IMG/VR virus record: IMGVR_UViG_3300028833_000058
Source of the DNA: a virus
Taxonomy: Duplodnaviria; Caudoviricetes
Strand: one strand, 5' to 3'
DNA: 64,000 nucleotides
In this document: piece after piece, positions 19,007-30,000 of the stretch
Position numbering within the stretch: position 1 is the first letter of the stretch
Layout: each line of letters begins with the position of its first letter
Notes under the pieces: generated by a model
The model's database searches: none
What the model was told of the DNA's origin: nothing
The model's input: only the letters and a program-made list of their open reading frames with translations
Program-made: the position numbers and the translations under genes

Positions 19007-20434
19007 CTATGCAGGGTCATCAGATGGATTAAAATCTACCACGTTGATAGCACTTTGCTTTTCAACTTTATAAAAAGGACCAACTTTTTCAAGCATTTTT
19101 TTAAGTCTTGGACGTATAGACTGTTCTTCAAAGTCAACTACACCATTTTCGACAACATTCTTCTTACGAAGTAAAATACGAGCCATTATACGACCAAGTT
19201 CATAACACATATTTTCATCGAACCCACGTGTTGTAATCGCAGCTGTTCCAACTCTTATAGCGGAAGACTTAGACGGCTTAGAATCACCAATCATCATGTT
19301 TTTATTACAGATTATATCATAAGAAGTTAACAAATCCTCTGCTTGTTTACCATTTATGCCAGTATCTCTTAAATTTATAAGTACCATGTGGTTTTCAGAG
19401 CCACCACCTATAAATTTTATCTTTTCTTCTGTATCTTCTTTCTTTATACCGTTTATAAGAGCTTGCATGTTGATATAAACTTGTTCCATGTAATCCCTAA
19501 AGCTTGGTCTTAAAGCTTCTATAAAACATTGACATTTAGCAGCAACTAGAGCTTCGTTTGGTCCACCTTGAATTTTAGGGAATACACCAGAATTTAATTT
19601 TGAACACAAGTTTTTATCATTCCAAAGAATAATACCACCTCTTGGTCCTCTTAATGTTTTATGAGTAGTAGAAGTAACAACGTCACACCATTTAAGCGGA
19701 TTATATTTATCTTTCCATAGATGAGCAGCGATGAATCCCATTACATGAGCTGAATCAGACATAAGATAACATTTGTATTCATCATCTAAATACCAATCTA
19801 TAACGGCTTCGTATCCTCCTTCACTGTTTCTAGCACGGATTTCATATTCGTTTCTTAAATTTTCATTATATTCATCTACAATTTTTCTAATTCTTTCGTA
19901 ATCAATACGTTTAGAATAAGCTGAAGCTCCAACAACTAATAATCTTGGGTGATGTTTTTCAAGTTTTTCTTTGATTTCATCATAATTTAGCTCACCATTT
20001 TCGTCTAAACCATAATAAAATGCGTTATAAATACTTCCTGTTGAAGAAGCTTTAGAAAAATGTGTAAGATGACCACCGTATTCTAATCCCATACCTAATA
20101 CAGTGTCACCTGGTTTCAATAATCCAGAATATACAGCTTGATTAGCTTGAGAACCAGAATGAGGTTGAACATTAGCGTAATTACATTCAAACAGCTCACA
20201 AGCTTTTTCTATTGTATATTCTTCTAGTTTATCAATAACTTCACAGCCTGCATAGTGTCTTCCTTGTTTAGATATTTTCTTTGGGAACCCTTCTGCATAT
20301 TTAACTGAAAAATGTGAACCTAATAAGTCTAAAATATCTTGTGATGGATAATTTTCTGAAGCGATAAGCTCAATTCCATCGTTTAATCTTTTTGTTTCTT
20401 CTATTTCTAATTCTTCTAATGTGGAATCAGTCAT
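19007..20434 (-). CDS. glyA: Serine hydroxymethyltransferase
   Basis: LIASEN, YAEG, NVQPHSGSQAN, GGHLTH, TSTTHKTLRGPRGG (PLP lysine). Confidence 0.97.
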   Translation of the reverse strand: MTDSTLEELEIEETKRLNDGIELIASENYPSQDILDLLGSHFSVKYAEGFPKKISKQGRHYAGCEVIDKLEEYTIEKACELFECNYANVQPHSGSQANQAVYSGLLKPGDTVLGMGLEYGGHLTHFSKASSTGSIYNAFYYGLDENGELNYDEIKEKLEKHHPRLLVVGASAYSKRIDYERIRKIVDEYNENLRNEYEIRARNSEGGYEAVIDWYLDDEYKCYLMSDSAHVMGFIAAHLWKDKYNPLKWCDVVTSTTHKTLRGPRGGIILWNDKNLCSKLNSGVFPKIQGGPNEALVAAKCQCFIEALRPSFRDYMEQVYINMQALINGIKKEDTEEKIKFIGGGSENHMVLINLRDTGINGKQAEDLLTSYDIICNKNMMIGDSKPSKSSAIRVGTAAITTRGFDENMCYELGRIMARILLRKKNVVENGVVDFEEQSIRPRLKKMLEKVGPFYKVEKQSAINVVDFNPSDDPA

Positions 20435-20920
20435 GTTTACCTCTTATTTATCAAAAAAGTGAGCCCATAAAGCAAATTCTATAAAAGCTTCTATGAATCC
20501 AATAGAGCCAGCGATTGTTAGTTTATCTGTAATAGCTGGGTCTATTTCTTTACTTAAGCAATTTGTTATAGCAAGATAAATTAAAAGTATGAAACATATC
20601 ATGTTTAATCTCCTAAATTTCAAGTTATTAACGTTTTTAGTTCATTAAAGCTAAATTGTAAAGTTAATTTTCTTCTTTAATCACAAAACCACTTTTTCTT
20701 TTATAATACGTAGTATTATTTTAAATTTTTTCTTTTTTGATTAATGAATCTGAATCTTTTCTTATTCTCTTCTTTTTCTTTTATATTACTTTTCTTTTTC
20801 TTTCTTTTCTTTTGTATTTCAGCATGTGAAAAATTTCAAAATATTTTTCTTTTTTGTAAAAATTTACATGTTCTAACAATTATCATAAACTTTAACACTA
20901 AACAAAGATTATACAAAACA

Positions 20921-21319
20921 ATGAGAAGTAAACTAGACAGCGAATTGAAGATTGAGATATTAATCAAACTTGCTTTTGGTATAACTATCGAAAATCTTAT
21001 GGAAGAATATGACTTAACAAAAGCTAAAATTGTTAATTTAAGAAAGAATAATTATAAGTTGTACAATGAGTTTTTTAATTATTGGAAGATAGACAAAGAT
21101 GTTGCTGTCTTAGACTTATCTCCAAAATATGAAAGAGCTTTGTCGATTATAAAGAAACACTTTAAAGATAAAGTTAAAATCTTATCTTCGGATGAAATTT
21201 TCGTAAAAGGTAAGAAATGTACATCGTCTGATTTAATTAACATTGCAGACGAGATTTTACAAAAAGATAATATTAGGTGTTTTAAAGAAATGCCTATCTA
21301 CATAAAAAATCACTATTAG
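20921..21319 (+). CDS. Putative HTH protein (start revised from 20744)
   Basis: Upstream part of the track ORF is T-rich intergenic DNA; HTH-like N-terminus. Confidence 0.5.
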   Translation: MRSKLDSELKIEILIKLAFGITIENLMEEYDLTKAKIVNLRKNNYKLYNEFFNYWKIDKDVAVLDLSPKYERALSIIKKHFKDKVKILSSDEIFVKGKKCTSSDLINIADEILQKDNIRCFKEMPIYIKNHY

Positions 21320-21334
21320 AAGGAAGGAAACAAA

Positions 21335-21730
21335 ATGACTATTGTTAAAAAAGACATGGAATTACCAGAAGAATATGCTTCAAGACAACAGTGGGCCGAA
21401 AACCAAAAGTGTGTATTCATGAATATGCTCAATGGTGTTTCATTTAACACTGTGGATAACAAATATCACATGATGCCAATTCAATATTCTGATGTTAATA
21501 TGGAGGGTGAAAAAATTAGGTTTAATGATAACCGTGAGTTTATGGTTATCTACTCTTGTTTAGCTTCAGAATATGCTCATAAACAGGAAGTAAGAGATGA
21601 ATGGTGGGCTAAAGCAAGAGAGTTGATTGAGGGATATAAAAAAGCTCAACAGATGGAAGATTATATTGCTTCAAATAACGGTGTAGACCTGAAAAAGATG
21701 CGTCAAGAAGGTAGTTTAGACGAGGAATAA
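21335..21730 (+). CDS. Hypothetical protein
   Basis: SD GAAGGA, packed operon. Confidence 0.6.
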   Translation: MTIVKKDMELPEEYASRQQWAENQKCVFMNMLNGVSFNTVDNKYHMMPIQYSDVNMEGEKIRFNDNREFMVIYSCLASEYAHKQEVRDEWWAKARELIEGYKKAQQMEDYIASNNGVDLKKMRQEGSLDEE

Positions 21731-21731
21731 C

Positions 21732-22016
21732 ATGACATCTACTTACAGTAAAATCAAAAGTATAGCAGATGACATCGGATTATCAGAATCTAAAGTCACT
21801 ATGGTACTTTATGATTACTTAAGTTATTGTTTGCAAGAAGCTCTCCTTGACAATGAGTCCCATACAATTTTTGGTAAACTTAAGTTAGACGAAAATGATA
21901 GATTTGTTTTACAGAACGATAAGTTTGGGTTAATAAGTCTATTAGGTAAAAAAGATTTAAAGCTCTTACGTAAGATTGCTGAAGATGGTCCAGATAGTTC
22001 GGTGTTTCAAATATGA
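21732..22016 (+). CDS. Hypothetical protein, weak HU-like N-terminus
   Basis: IKSIADDIGLSESKV...IFGKL; tightly packed. Confidence 0.45.
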   Translation: MTSTYSKIKSIADDIGLSESKVTMVLYDYLSYCLQEALLDNESHTIFGKLKLDENDRFVLQNDKFGLISLLGKKDLKLLRKIAEDGPDSSVFQI

Positions 22017-22249
22017 TGAATAAAACAGAACATATGTTTGAAGAAGACATAAATGACTTTTTAGAAGAAAGTTTTGATTTATGTAGAACGAATCGGGAAG
22101 AAATTTATTGGTTAATTACTGTGTTGCGTGGATTTATGAACATTGGTAACAAAAGAATAGAACCAAAAACAGATGTTTATAGGTTGAACTATTGGCAATG
22201 TTTGTTGAATCCAGCTATACAAAGACTAAAAAAGAAATATTGGTGTTAG
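22013..22249 (+). CDS. Hypothetical protein
   Basis: ATGA overlap with previous gene. Confidence 0.55.
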   Translation: MMNKTEHMFEEDINDFLEESFDLCRTNREEIYWLITVLRGFMNIGNKRIEPKTDVYRLNYWQCLLNPAIQRLKKKYWC

Positions 22250-22250
22250 C

Positions 22251-22733
22251 ATGGAAAAGAAGAAACGTGGTGAATTTGAGTTATCCGATAGTGAATTAGG
22301 GTCAAGAGAGATGGTTCTAATTGCTATGAGTATGCTTGAATCAAGAGGGTACCCAGGCTTCGTTGAGCTTCTCTCTATATTAGAAAAACCAGAGATAATC
22401 TTAAAAATAATACGTTTTTTGTATGGTACAACTATAAAAGTTCCACCGTTAGGTGAGTTTGTAACTTGTTTAAGAGCTGCTGAATATACCTATTGCGACT
22501 TTCATAAAATGTTGAACAGGAAATTAGCAGTTCAACCTAAACAAATACAAGAAGTTTTGGACATTGACGATGAAGAAATGTCTAAAATACAGGATGTTTT
22601 TCAACAATGGATAGAATATACACATAAACAAGGTATCCATATTGAAAATCTAATGCACATAAACAGAAATAACACTGTGAAGAGAATAAAAGCTATACAA
22701 CAAGGCACATATAAGAAAGGACAATACAAATAA
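22251..22733 (+). CDS. Hypothetical protein (Mor-like LYGTTIKVP motif)
   Basis: Packed operon upstream of terminase. Confidence 0.5.
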   Translation: MEKKKRGEFELSDSELGSREMVLIAMSMLESRGYPGFVELLSILEKPEIILKIIRFLYGTTIKVPPLGEFVTCLRAAEYTYCDFHKMLNRKLAVQPKQIQEVLDIDDEEMSKIQDVFQQWIEYTHKQGIHIENLMHINRNNTVKRIKAIQQGTYKKGQYK

Positions 22734-22743
22734 GGAAAAAGAA

Positions 22744-23436
22744 ATGGCTGGAGAGAACGATTTACCTAAATATTGGAATGAAGACACAGGTGAAGTGTTT
22801 GAAACATATCCTGAAAATACACAGGCTTTAGTACCTCAAGAAGAAGTACCACCGCTTCCTACTATTGCTGAACAAACAGAAATTGTAAAAGCATCTGAGG
22901 TGAGTAAAGAAAATATGACTATGCTCAATTCTCTCGTTGAGATGAATAAAGTAGCTGAAACGTTAAATGCTTTAAGGTCAACAGAATCTCAAGAAATGAG
23001 ACGTAATGTTTTAACAGCATGGTGCGAATCGTTTGTTAATTCTAGAATGATAAACAATGTTGCTGCTGAAAAGTTAAAGGCAAGAATTTTAAATAAATTA
23101 AGTGACAATTTAGATGTATTAGATTTAGAGACAATTTCACGTATTTACAATGACTTACATGAAGTTTCGGCTGTTGATATGCAACAAGCTAATTCTATGG
23201 TTAGTGGTAATATGGGTGGATTTCCTCAATCAATGGGTACAACTGTAAATTTAAACTTGGCAACAGGTGAAAATGGTGTTGTAACATCACAAACACTAAA
23301 CGCAACACCACAACAAGTAGGTCAATTAAAGGAAGTAACACAGATGAATACAGCCATAAAAGGTTGGAGTAATGTAGCACTTCCTAGAAAAAAAGTCATG
23401 GATGCAGAATTCGAATTGGAACCGAAAAAGGAATAA
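22744..23436 (+). CDS. Probable terminase small subunit
   Basis: Helical protein directly upstream of terL. Confidence 0.5.
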   Translation: MAGENDLPKYWNEDTGEVFETYPENTQALVPQEEVPPLPTIAEQTEIVKASEVSKENMTMLNSLVEMNKVAETLNALRSTESQEMRRNVLTAWCESFVNSRMINNVAAEKLKARILNKLSDNLDVLDLETISRIYNDLHEVSAVDMQQANSMVSGNMGGFPQSMGTTVNLNLATGENGVVTSQTLNATPQQVGQLKEVTQMNTAIKGWSNVALPRKKVMDAEFELEPKKE

Positions 23437-23439
23437 TTT

Positions 23440-25470
23440 ATGGAACAGTTACCTGCTGACATTGAAGAAAAGTTAGAAAGACTTCCAATAATACCTTTCG
23501 ATGGGTCACAAGAATTTCAAGAAGTTATTTTTTCTAATGATTTCAATGACATATTCGATTACTATTCTAAAAATTATATGCCTGATGTGGTAAAAAGTAA
23601 GCCAGAGCTATATCAGCGTGTATCTCTCTATTTGACACTCACTAATCAAGACACATCTATTGTTGAACAAACTGATGAAGTTTTATACAGAAGACCATGC
23701 CCAGACATTCATACGTTTTTGAATGATAATTTTTACATGGGTTATTCAAACGCAACTCTTTATCCGTTTTGGAAAGATGTTTTAGAAAATATCTTTAAAG
23801 ATGGTTCGCCGATTCGTAAGACTATTTTCGGCGGTTCAATTGGTATTGGCAAAAGCACGGTAGCCCGTAAAGCATTTTTATATGTGTTATATCGAGTTCT
23901 TTGTTTACGTTACCCAAGAGCAGCTTTTAATATTGACCAAGATTCTACAATTGCAAATGTTGTTATTGCTACTACTTTAAAACAGGTTTATGAGGTTAAC
24001 TTACTTCCTTTTGTTAAATTGATGGAAAGTATGCCGTGTTTTCAAAGAGTTATGTCTGTTAGGTCATTTGAAAATTTTAATTTAGATGACCCTCATTGTC
24101 CGATACCTTTTAATTTATCTAAGAGCGATGGTACTGTGTATTTTCCAGATAATATAATTTTAACAAGTGGAAGTAATGCACAACATTTCACTGGTATGAA
24201 CGTAATAAATTCTTTTTGTGATGAGATTAACGATTACGGTACTATTGAAAATACGATGGCTCTTTTGAATACATTAGATAATCGTTTTAGTTCACGTTTC
24301 CAAGGCTCAGATTTAGTGTTTCAGTCTATTGTATCATCAGCTCGTACAGAAAATAGTGCAATGGGTGAATACATTAGACATTTACCTAAAAATGACCCAT
24401 CTATATTGTTATTATCACCAAAATTATATGAAGTTAAACCAGACCCAGAGTTTAGAGGTGATGGTACAGTATTTTGGGTTCAAGTGGGTAATGGAAGTAT
24501 ACCTTCTAAAATTATTACAGACCCAGGTGAATTAAAAGCAATAGAAGATAAGACTTATGAGGTACCAGCAGGTTGTGTTTTAATTGACGTTCCTACTCCA
24601 TATCGTTCTAAATTTGAATTACAGCTTGACCAGTCTATACAAGATATCGCTGGTATGACTACAAGTGATAATAATAGTGTATTTAGAGATACAACACGTC
24701 TTGAAGAACCATTTTTAACTCCAGAGATGTATTTTGACGTAAGTATTCGTGAAGATGTAGATATATTATCTTTAATTGAACCATATAACTTGTTTGAAAA
24801 GACAATAAATGACCGTTGGCAATTTAAAAGAGCTCCTTTGGCAAATCGCTACATTCACGTTGATTTATCAGGTGGTGGTTCAGAAGGTCAATGTGATACT
24901 GGATTGTGTGTATTACATAAAGAGTGGAGAATGAATCCTAACACAAAAGAAAAAGAAGTTATATATGTTGTTGACTTACAGTTGTTTATAAACGCTAAAA
25001 ATAAAGTCGATGTTCATGCCATACAAAATTTCCTTATTAATTTAGTAACAGATAAAAATATTCCAGTTCATACAGTTTCTTTTGACCAATATAACTCTCT
25101 TATGATATTACAACAATTAGAAGCATCAGGTTGTTTTGTTAATGTAGAGAAGGTTTCAGTTGATATTAAATTAGAACCGTATACAAACGCTGCAAGTCTT
25201 ATGGAAAAAGGTCAAGTTAAAATAGGTAACGCTCCAAAACTTAAAAAAGAATTAGAAGCATTAGTCATTGATAAAGGTAAAGTAACACGAACAACAGAGT
25301 TAAAAGATGGTCCTGATAGTTTGGTAGGCGCAATCTGGGATGCCCAAATGAATTACAGTGACTTTCCTTTATATGAATTCCAAGACCCAAGAGAACAAAG
25401 TGTAGAAGATATAGATAATTACGAAGATTTAATTGATACATCTTCTGAGTTACTTTTAGACTTGAAATAA
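23440..25470 (+). CDS. terL: Terminase large subunit
   Basis: Walker A GGSIGIGKS, Walker B FCDE, RNase H-like HVDLS...SFDQY...DGPDS. Confidence 0.85.
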   Translation: MEQLPADIEEKLERLPIIPFDGSQEFQEVIFSNDFNDIFDYYSKNYMPDVVKSKPELYQRVSLYLTLTNQDTSIVEQTDEVLYRRPCPDIHTFLNDNFYMGYSNATLYPFWKDVLENIFKDGSPIRKTIFGGSIGIGKSTVARKAFLYVLYRVLCLRYPRAAFNIDQDSTIANVVIATTLKQVYEVNLLPFVKLMESMPCFQRVMSVRSFENFNLDDPHCPIPFNLSKSDGTVYFPDNIILTSGSNAQHFTGMNVINSFCDEINDYGTIENTMALLNTLDNRFSSRFQGSDLVFQSIVSSARTENSAMGEYIRHLPKNDPSILLLSPKLYEVKPDPEFRGDGTVFWVQVGNGSIPSKIITDPGELKAIEDKTYEVPAGCVLIDVPTPYRSKFELQLDQSIQDIAGMTTSDNNSVFRDTTRLEEPFLTPEMYFDVSIREDVDILSLIEPYNLFEKTINDRWQFKRAPLANRYIHVDLSGGGSEGQCDTGLCVLHKEWRMNPNTKEKEVIYVVDLQLFINAKNKVDVHAIQNFLINLVTDKNIPVHTVSFDQYNSLMILQQLEASGCFVNVEKVSVDIKLEPYTNAASLMEKGQVKIGNAPKLKKELEALVIDKGKVTRTTELKDGPDSLVGAIWDAQMNYSDFPLYEFQDPREQSVEDIDNYEDLIDTSSELLLDLK

Positions 25471-25491
25471 AATTGGTTGAAAAACGAGTTT

Positions 25492-25520
25492 TTGACTTTA
25501 CATAATCACGAATCTAAAAT
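25492..25520 (+). promoter_or_regulatory. Sigma70-type promoter for recA
   Basis: TTGACT-17 nt-TAAAAT. Confidence 0.6.
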
Positions 25521-25557
25521 ATAACCCAGTTAATGATAACACAGAGAGGGATTTGAA

Positions 25558-26664
25558 ATGGCAAAAGTTAAAGAAGAGAAAACGCAGCTTGATAAAGATG
25601 TTGAAGCAGCTTTAGCTATACTAAATAAAACATTTGGTGAGGGAACTGCTTTAACCTTTGATAGCACCTATGTTCAAAACATTGATGTTGTGTCAACAGG
25701 TTCTTTAAATCTTGATGTTGCACTTGGAGTTGGTGGCTTGCCTATGGGTAGGTTCAGTTGTATTTATGGTGAACCATCATCAGGAAAAACAACCATTGCT
25801 CTTCAAGTTTGTGCAGAAGCTCAAAAGAAAGGGTATCTTGTTGCTTATTTAGATAGTGAACATGCTATGGATATGGGTTATGCCAGAGCTTTAGGTGTTG
25901 ATTTAAAACATTTACTATTCTGCCAACCAGATTCTGGTACTCAATGCTTTAGAATCGCTGAACAAATGTTAAAAACAACAAATGTTAAGGTAATAATTTT
26001 CGATTCTGTTACTACCATGATATCAGAAGCAGAAGAAAATAGTGAAATGGGTGCCAATAACATTGGTAGACAAGCTAAAATGATGTCTGATGGATTAAAA
26101 AGGCTTACTCCATTAGTTTCTAAGGCTGGTGCAATGTGTCTATTTATTTCACAGACACGTAAAAACATAGGCCAAATGTTTGGTGATATAGATACAATGA
26201 GTGGTGGTGATGCTTTAAAATTTTATACCACAATCATCATGAAAATTTGGAAAAAACAATCACCTATGACAGAAAAAATAAATGGTGAAGATATTGCAAC
26301 ATCAGTAGAAACTACAGTGAAAGTAACTAAAAATAAAGTTGCTCCTCCGTTTCGTGTAGCAAAATTTATTATCAGATATGGAAAAGGTGTATCTCAAACA
26401 GAAGAAATAGTAGATTTGGCTGTTAAATTCGGTTTAATAGAGAAATCTGGTGGATGGTTTAGATATAAGGATGAAAAAATTCAAGGGAAAGATAATGTTA
26501 TCAGTTGGTTAAAAAATAACGAATCTTTGCAAGAACATTTTAAAGAAACTATTATGAAATACATAACAGAGAAACAAAATGAAATGGGACTTGTTAGTAA
26601 CGAAGAAGAATCTCTTGAATATGACCCAGAAACAGGTGAAATTATAAAAACAAATGAAGATTAA
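25558..26664 (+). CDS. recA: Recombinase A
   Basis: [45 protein letters not shown]. Confidence 0.97.
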   Translation: MAKVKEEKTQLDKDVEAALAILNKTFGEGTALTFDSTYVQNIDVVSTGSLNLDVALGVGGLPMGRFSCIYGEPSSGKTTIALQVCAEAQKKGYLVAYLDSEHAMDMGYARALGVDLKHLLFCQPDSGTQCFRIAEQMLKTTNVKVIIFDSVTTMISEAEENSEMGANNIGRQAKMMSDGLKRLTPLVSKAGAMCLFISQTRKNIGQMFGDIDTMSGGDALKFYTTIIMKIWKKQSPMTEKINGEDIATSVETTVKVTKNKVAPPFRVAKFIIRYGKGVSQTEEIVDLAVKFGLIEKSGGWFRYKDEKIQGKDNVISWLKNNESLQEHFKETIMKYITEKQNEMGLVSNEEESLEYDPETGEIIKTNED

Positions 26665-26693
26665 CAATTTTAATTTTAGGAAAGGAAAATAAA

Positions 26694-26960
26694 ATGGCAA
26701 AAAATAAAGTTATTTCTGACCCAGCAAGCAGTCAAGTGGATAAAGAACGTTTGATTAGTCTTGTTGAAAGGATTGAACGTATAAATGAAGAAATTGCTGG
26801 TTTGACAGAAGACCGTAAAGACATCATGCTCGAAGCTAAATCAGCAGGTTTTGATACAAAGGCTATTAACCACGTTATCAAACTTCGTAAAAAGAACGCT
26901 TCTGAAAGAGAAATGGAAGAAGAATTGTTTACAACTTATGAACACGCTGTTGGTTTGTAA
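26694..26960 (+). CDS. gapR: GapR/DUF2312 DNA-binding protein
   Basis: LISLVERIERINEE...KDIMLEAKSAGFDTKAI...LRKK signature. Confidence 0.9.
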   Translation: MAKNKVISDPASSQVDKERLISLVERIERINEEIAGLTEDRKDIMLEAKSAGFDTKAINHVIKLRKKNASEREMEEELFTTYEHAVGL

Positions 26961-27013
26961 AAATATAATTTTACTTTTGGTCTAAATTTAATATACTCAC
27001 ATATATTTAGACT

Positions 27014-30000
27014 ATGAAAGGACTTTACATGAGTGAGAATGTGAGTTTTGGTAGAGATAAGCTTGACTGCTTTGCAGAATTTGTACCAAATTTAATTTTA
27101 ATAGCAGAAAAGCCGTTAGATGACGATAAAGAAGTCATCTTTGACTCTAAAGAGGGACAAAACTATTTAGATTTATGCTCACAAAGTAGATTTAAAGACA
27201 TTCTCACTCACGTTACATATATAGATGATTCAAAAGACATAAGTTTTACAAAAGATATTCTGTTTTCGATATTAGAATACTATAGACAGAAAAATTGTTT
27301 AGATTTAAATAATCTCATAGTTGGTTTTATTGGTGAAAAAGCTTTTAATGCTTTTTACGATGATTACGATTCTGTCGGTGTAGATGATAAAAATAGCGTT
27401 ATTCTAGATAAACAATCGAAATCACTTAGAGTAATTATGTCTAGTGTTAATAAAAACTATAGATTCAATGTACCGTATGTAATTTTACCAAATTTAGATG
27501 AAGATATAACAAGAGCAACTGGTGTGTTAAATCAAGCTTCTAATTTTAAAAAAGGTGTTAAAAACCCTTATTCTACGACTGGTGACGTAGTTAAAAAATT
27601 AGAATTTATGCTCGATATGTATCAAAAAGGTATATTGAAAAGTTTCTGCATAGAAGGAAAGATAGATAAAGAAACGAATAAATTCAAATATTGTAAATTT
27701 TACGATAAACAAAGTAATGAAACTTGCTTCTATAAAAAGAAAGATGAAATTTGCAAAGATGACATGGCAGAAACAGTTAAATTGTTTAGCAGTACATTGT
27801 TATCAGCTGTAACTACAATCCCAGTCTATGGCAAAAACATTGAAGAAGTGATAAATTGCTTTAATGACAACGTAAGAGATAAAATAAGGATTGCCACAGA
27901 AGAAGACATTAAAAGTGAAGATGTAATAGACCAAGATTTTAGAGTGTATGGAAGTGCTAATGGTGAACCATCAGCTTGGTATGACAAATGGTACAAAGAA
28001 GCGTTTTTACCAAAATTAAAAGACCAAATAAGGGAAAAAGATAAAATAAGGAGAAGAAATACACTGGTACGGGATGGATATTTAGATGAACATAAGTACG
28101 AGTGGGTATACGATATTGAGGTATTTAAAGAAGATTGGTTGTTAGTTGCTAAAACGCTAGATGGAGAAAATAAAGTAATTTGTTGGAATGACCCAGAGCA
28201 CTTGAAAGTTTGGATTGCAAATAAGATTCTAATTGGATTTAACAACGCAGCGTATGATAACAATGTGATTAAATATGCAATGGGTTATAATACTGCACTA
28301 TCTAATTATCAAAAATCGATTAGCAATAATGTCAAAAAACCATTAACAGTAAAAGAATATTCAGACCTTATAATCAATGAAGAAGGAGATAAAGAATTCA
28401 CTAGTGACCCAACAGTACCAAACTTTTTATCTTGGGATTTATCTTTCCATTTACCATTTGATGTGAGACGTAACTCTTTGAAAAAACTTACAATGTCAGT
28501 TTTAAATAGAAAGAATTATGATTCTTCTGTTCCTTTTGATATAAATAGAAAATTAACTAAATATGAAAGAGAAGAAGTTGAAAAGTACTGCGAAATGGAC
28601 GTGGACAACACTCTAGCTTTATTTCTGCCTGACCCAGAAGATGTTAAAGCTAAAGAGTTAGACCCAAAACATGAAATGAGAACGTTTGCGAGAGAATCTT
28701 ACGATATTCGTTGGAATATGATAGTAGAATATTTCATGACACCAAAAACTTTATCGAATAAATCTGCTTCTTTTGCTGGTAAAGTTTTATGTGGGGAAGA
28801 TGCTAAACCAGACTTACAAAATCAAACAAAATTAATAAATGGAAGAAAAGTTTATTATTCGATTCCAGAGCTTGCTGAGAAAGAGTTAGCAGGAACAGAA
28901 CTTTTAGAGTTTTATCATAAACACCAAGAAAATCCAAAATATATAACAGAAAAGTTTGAATGTTATCTTGGTCCTCATGATGACAGTCACTTATATCAAT
29001 TTGGATTCGGTGGATTACACCAAGCGTTAATAAACTTTGGTAGTACAAATTTAGTTAACATGGACGTTGCTTCACTGTATCCATCATTGTTGGTGCAATA
29101 TGGTTTAATGTCAAGGGGTGCTAAAGCCAATCCAGATTCTTATGAACAAGTGTACCACAAACGTCTTGAAGCTAAAAAGATGTCTAAGACAAGTCATGAG
29201 TTAAAATACAAGTTACTTAACGAAGGTCTTAAATTGATTTTAAATGGTGCCATTGGTGCTATGCTTTCGGATTACAATCCTCTATATGACACTTGGTCAA
29301 ATTCTACAATTTGTGTACACGGACAACTTTTAATTTTCATCTTAGCTAAACGTTTATTTGACGCTGGTTTCAATATTGTACAGACTAATACAGATGGTAT
29401 CATGATTGAAAAACGGCCTGATAAAGATTTTATGCCTATCGCTGAACAATGGATGAAAGAAACAAGACTTGTTCTTGAATTTGATGACATTAAAATTCTT
29501 CAACAAAACAATGTTAATAATTATTACTGTGAATTTACTAACGGTAAGATTAAGTCTAAAGGGTTTTATCTATCAAATGAAAAATTTGGTAAAGCTACTT
29601 CTAAAATCTTATGTAATCTTGTAACGAATCAACCACCTTTGGATGGAGTTGTTCCGAGAGATTTCGTTATTTTCAAACGTCATGGTTTAGGTGAAATATA
29701 CGATGGTAAAACAAGAGAAAAACTCGAAGGTCGTAGTTTGGCATTTGTTGTAGGTTATCCAAATGACCCTCGTACTCAAAGTTATTATAGTCGTAGTAGA
29801 AATGAAAGAGAAATAGTTAAAAAAGGTGAAGATGGTAAACCAATTTTAGACCAGTATGGTAAACAAGTAACAGAAAAAGTAAATACAGAAAGTAAAATAT
29901 CTGGTTTTACTGACCACATGCTCTTAGTCGATGATTTAAACACTTTAACAATGCAAGAAATTAATACAAGAGAATATATAAATTTTGCTAAAAACTTGCT

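Noticed and set aside
20744-20920. N-terminal extension of ORF 20744-21319
   Set aside because: T-rich divergent promoter region; ATG 20921 is more plausible.
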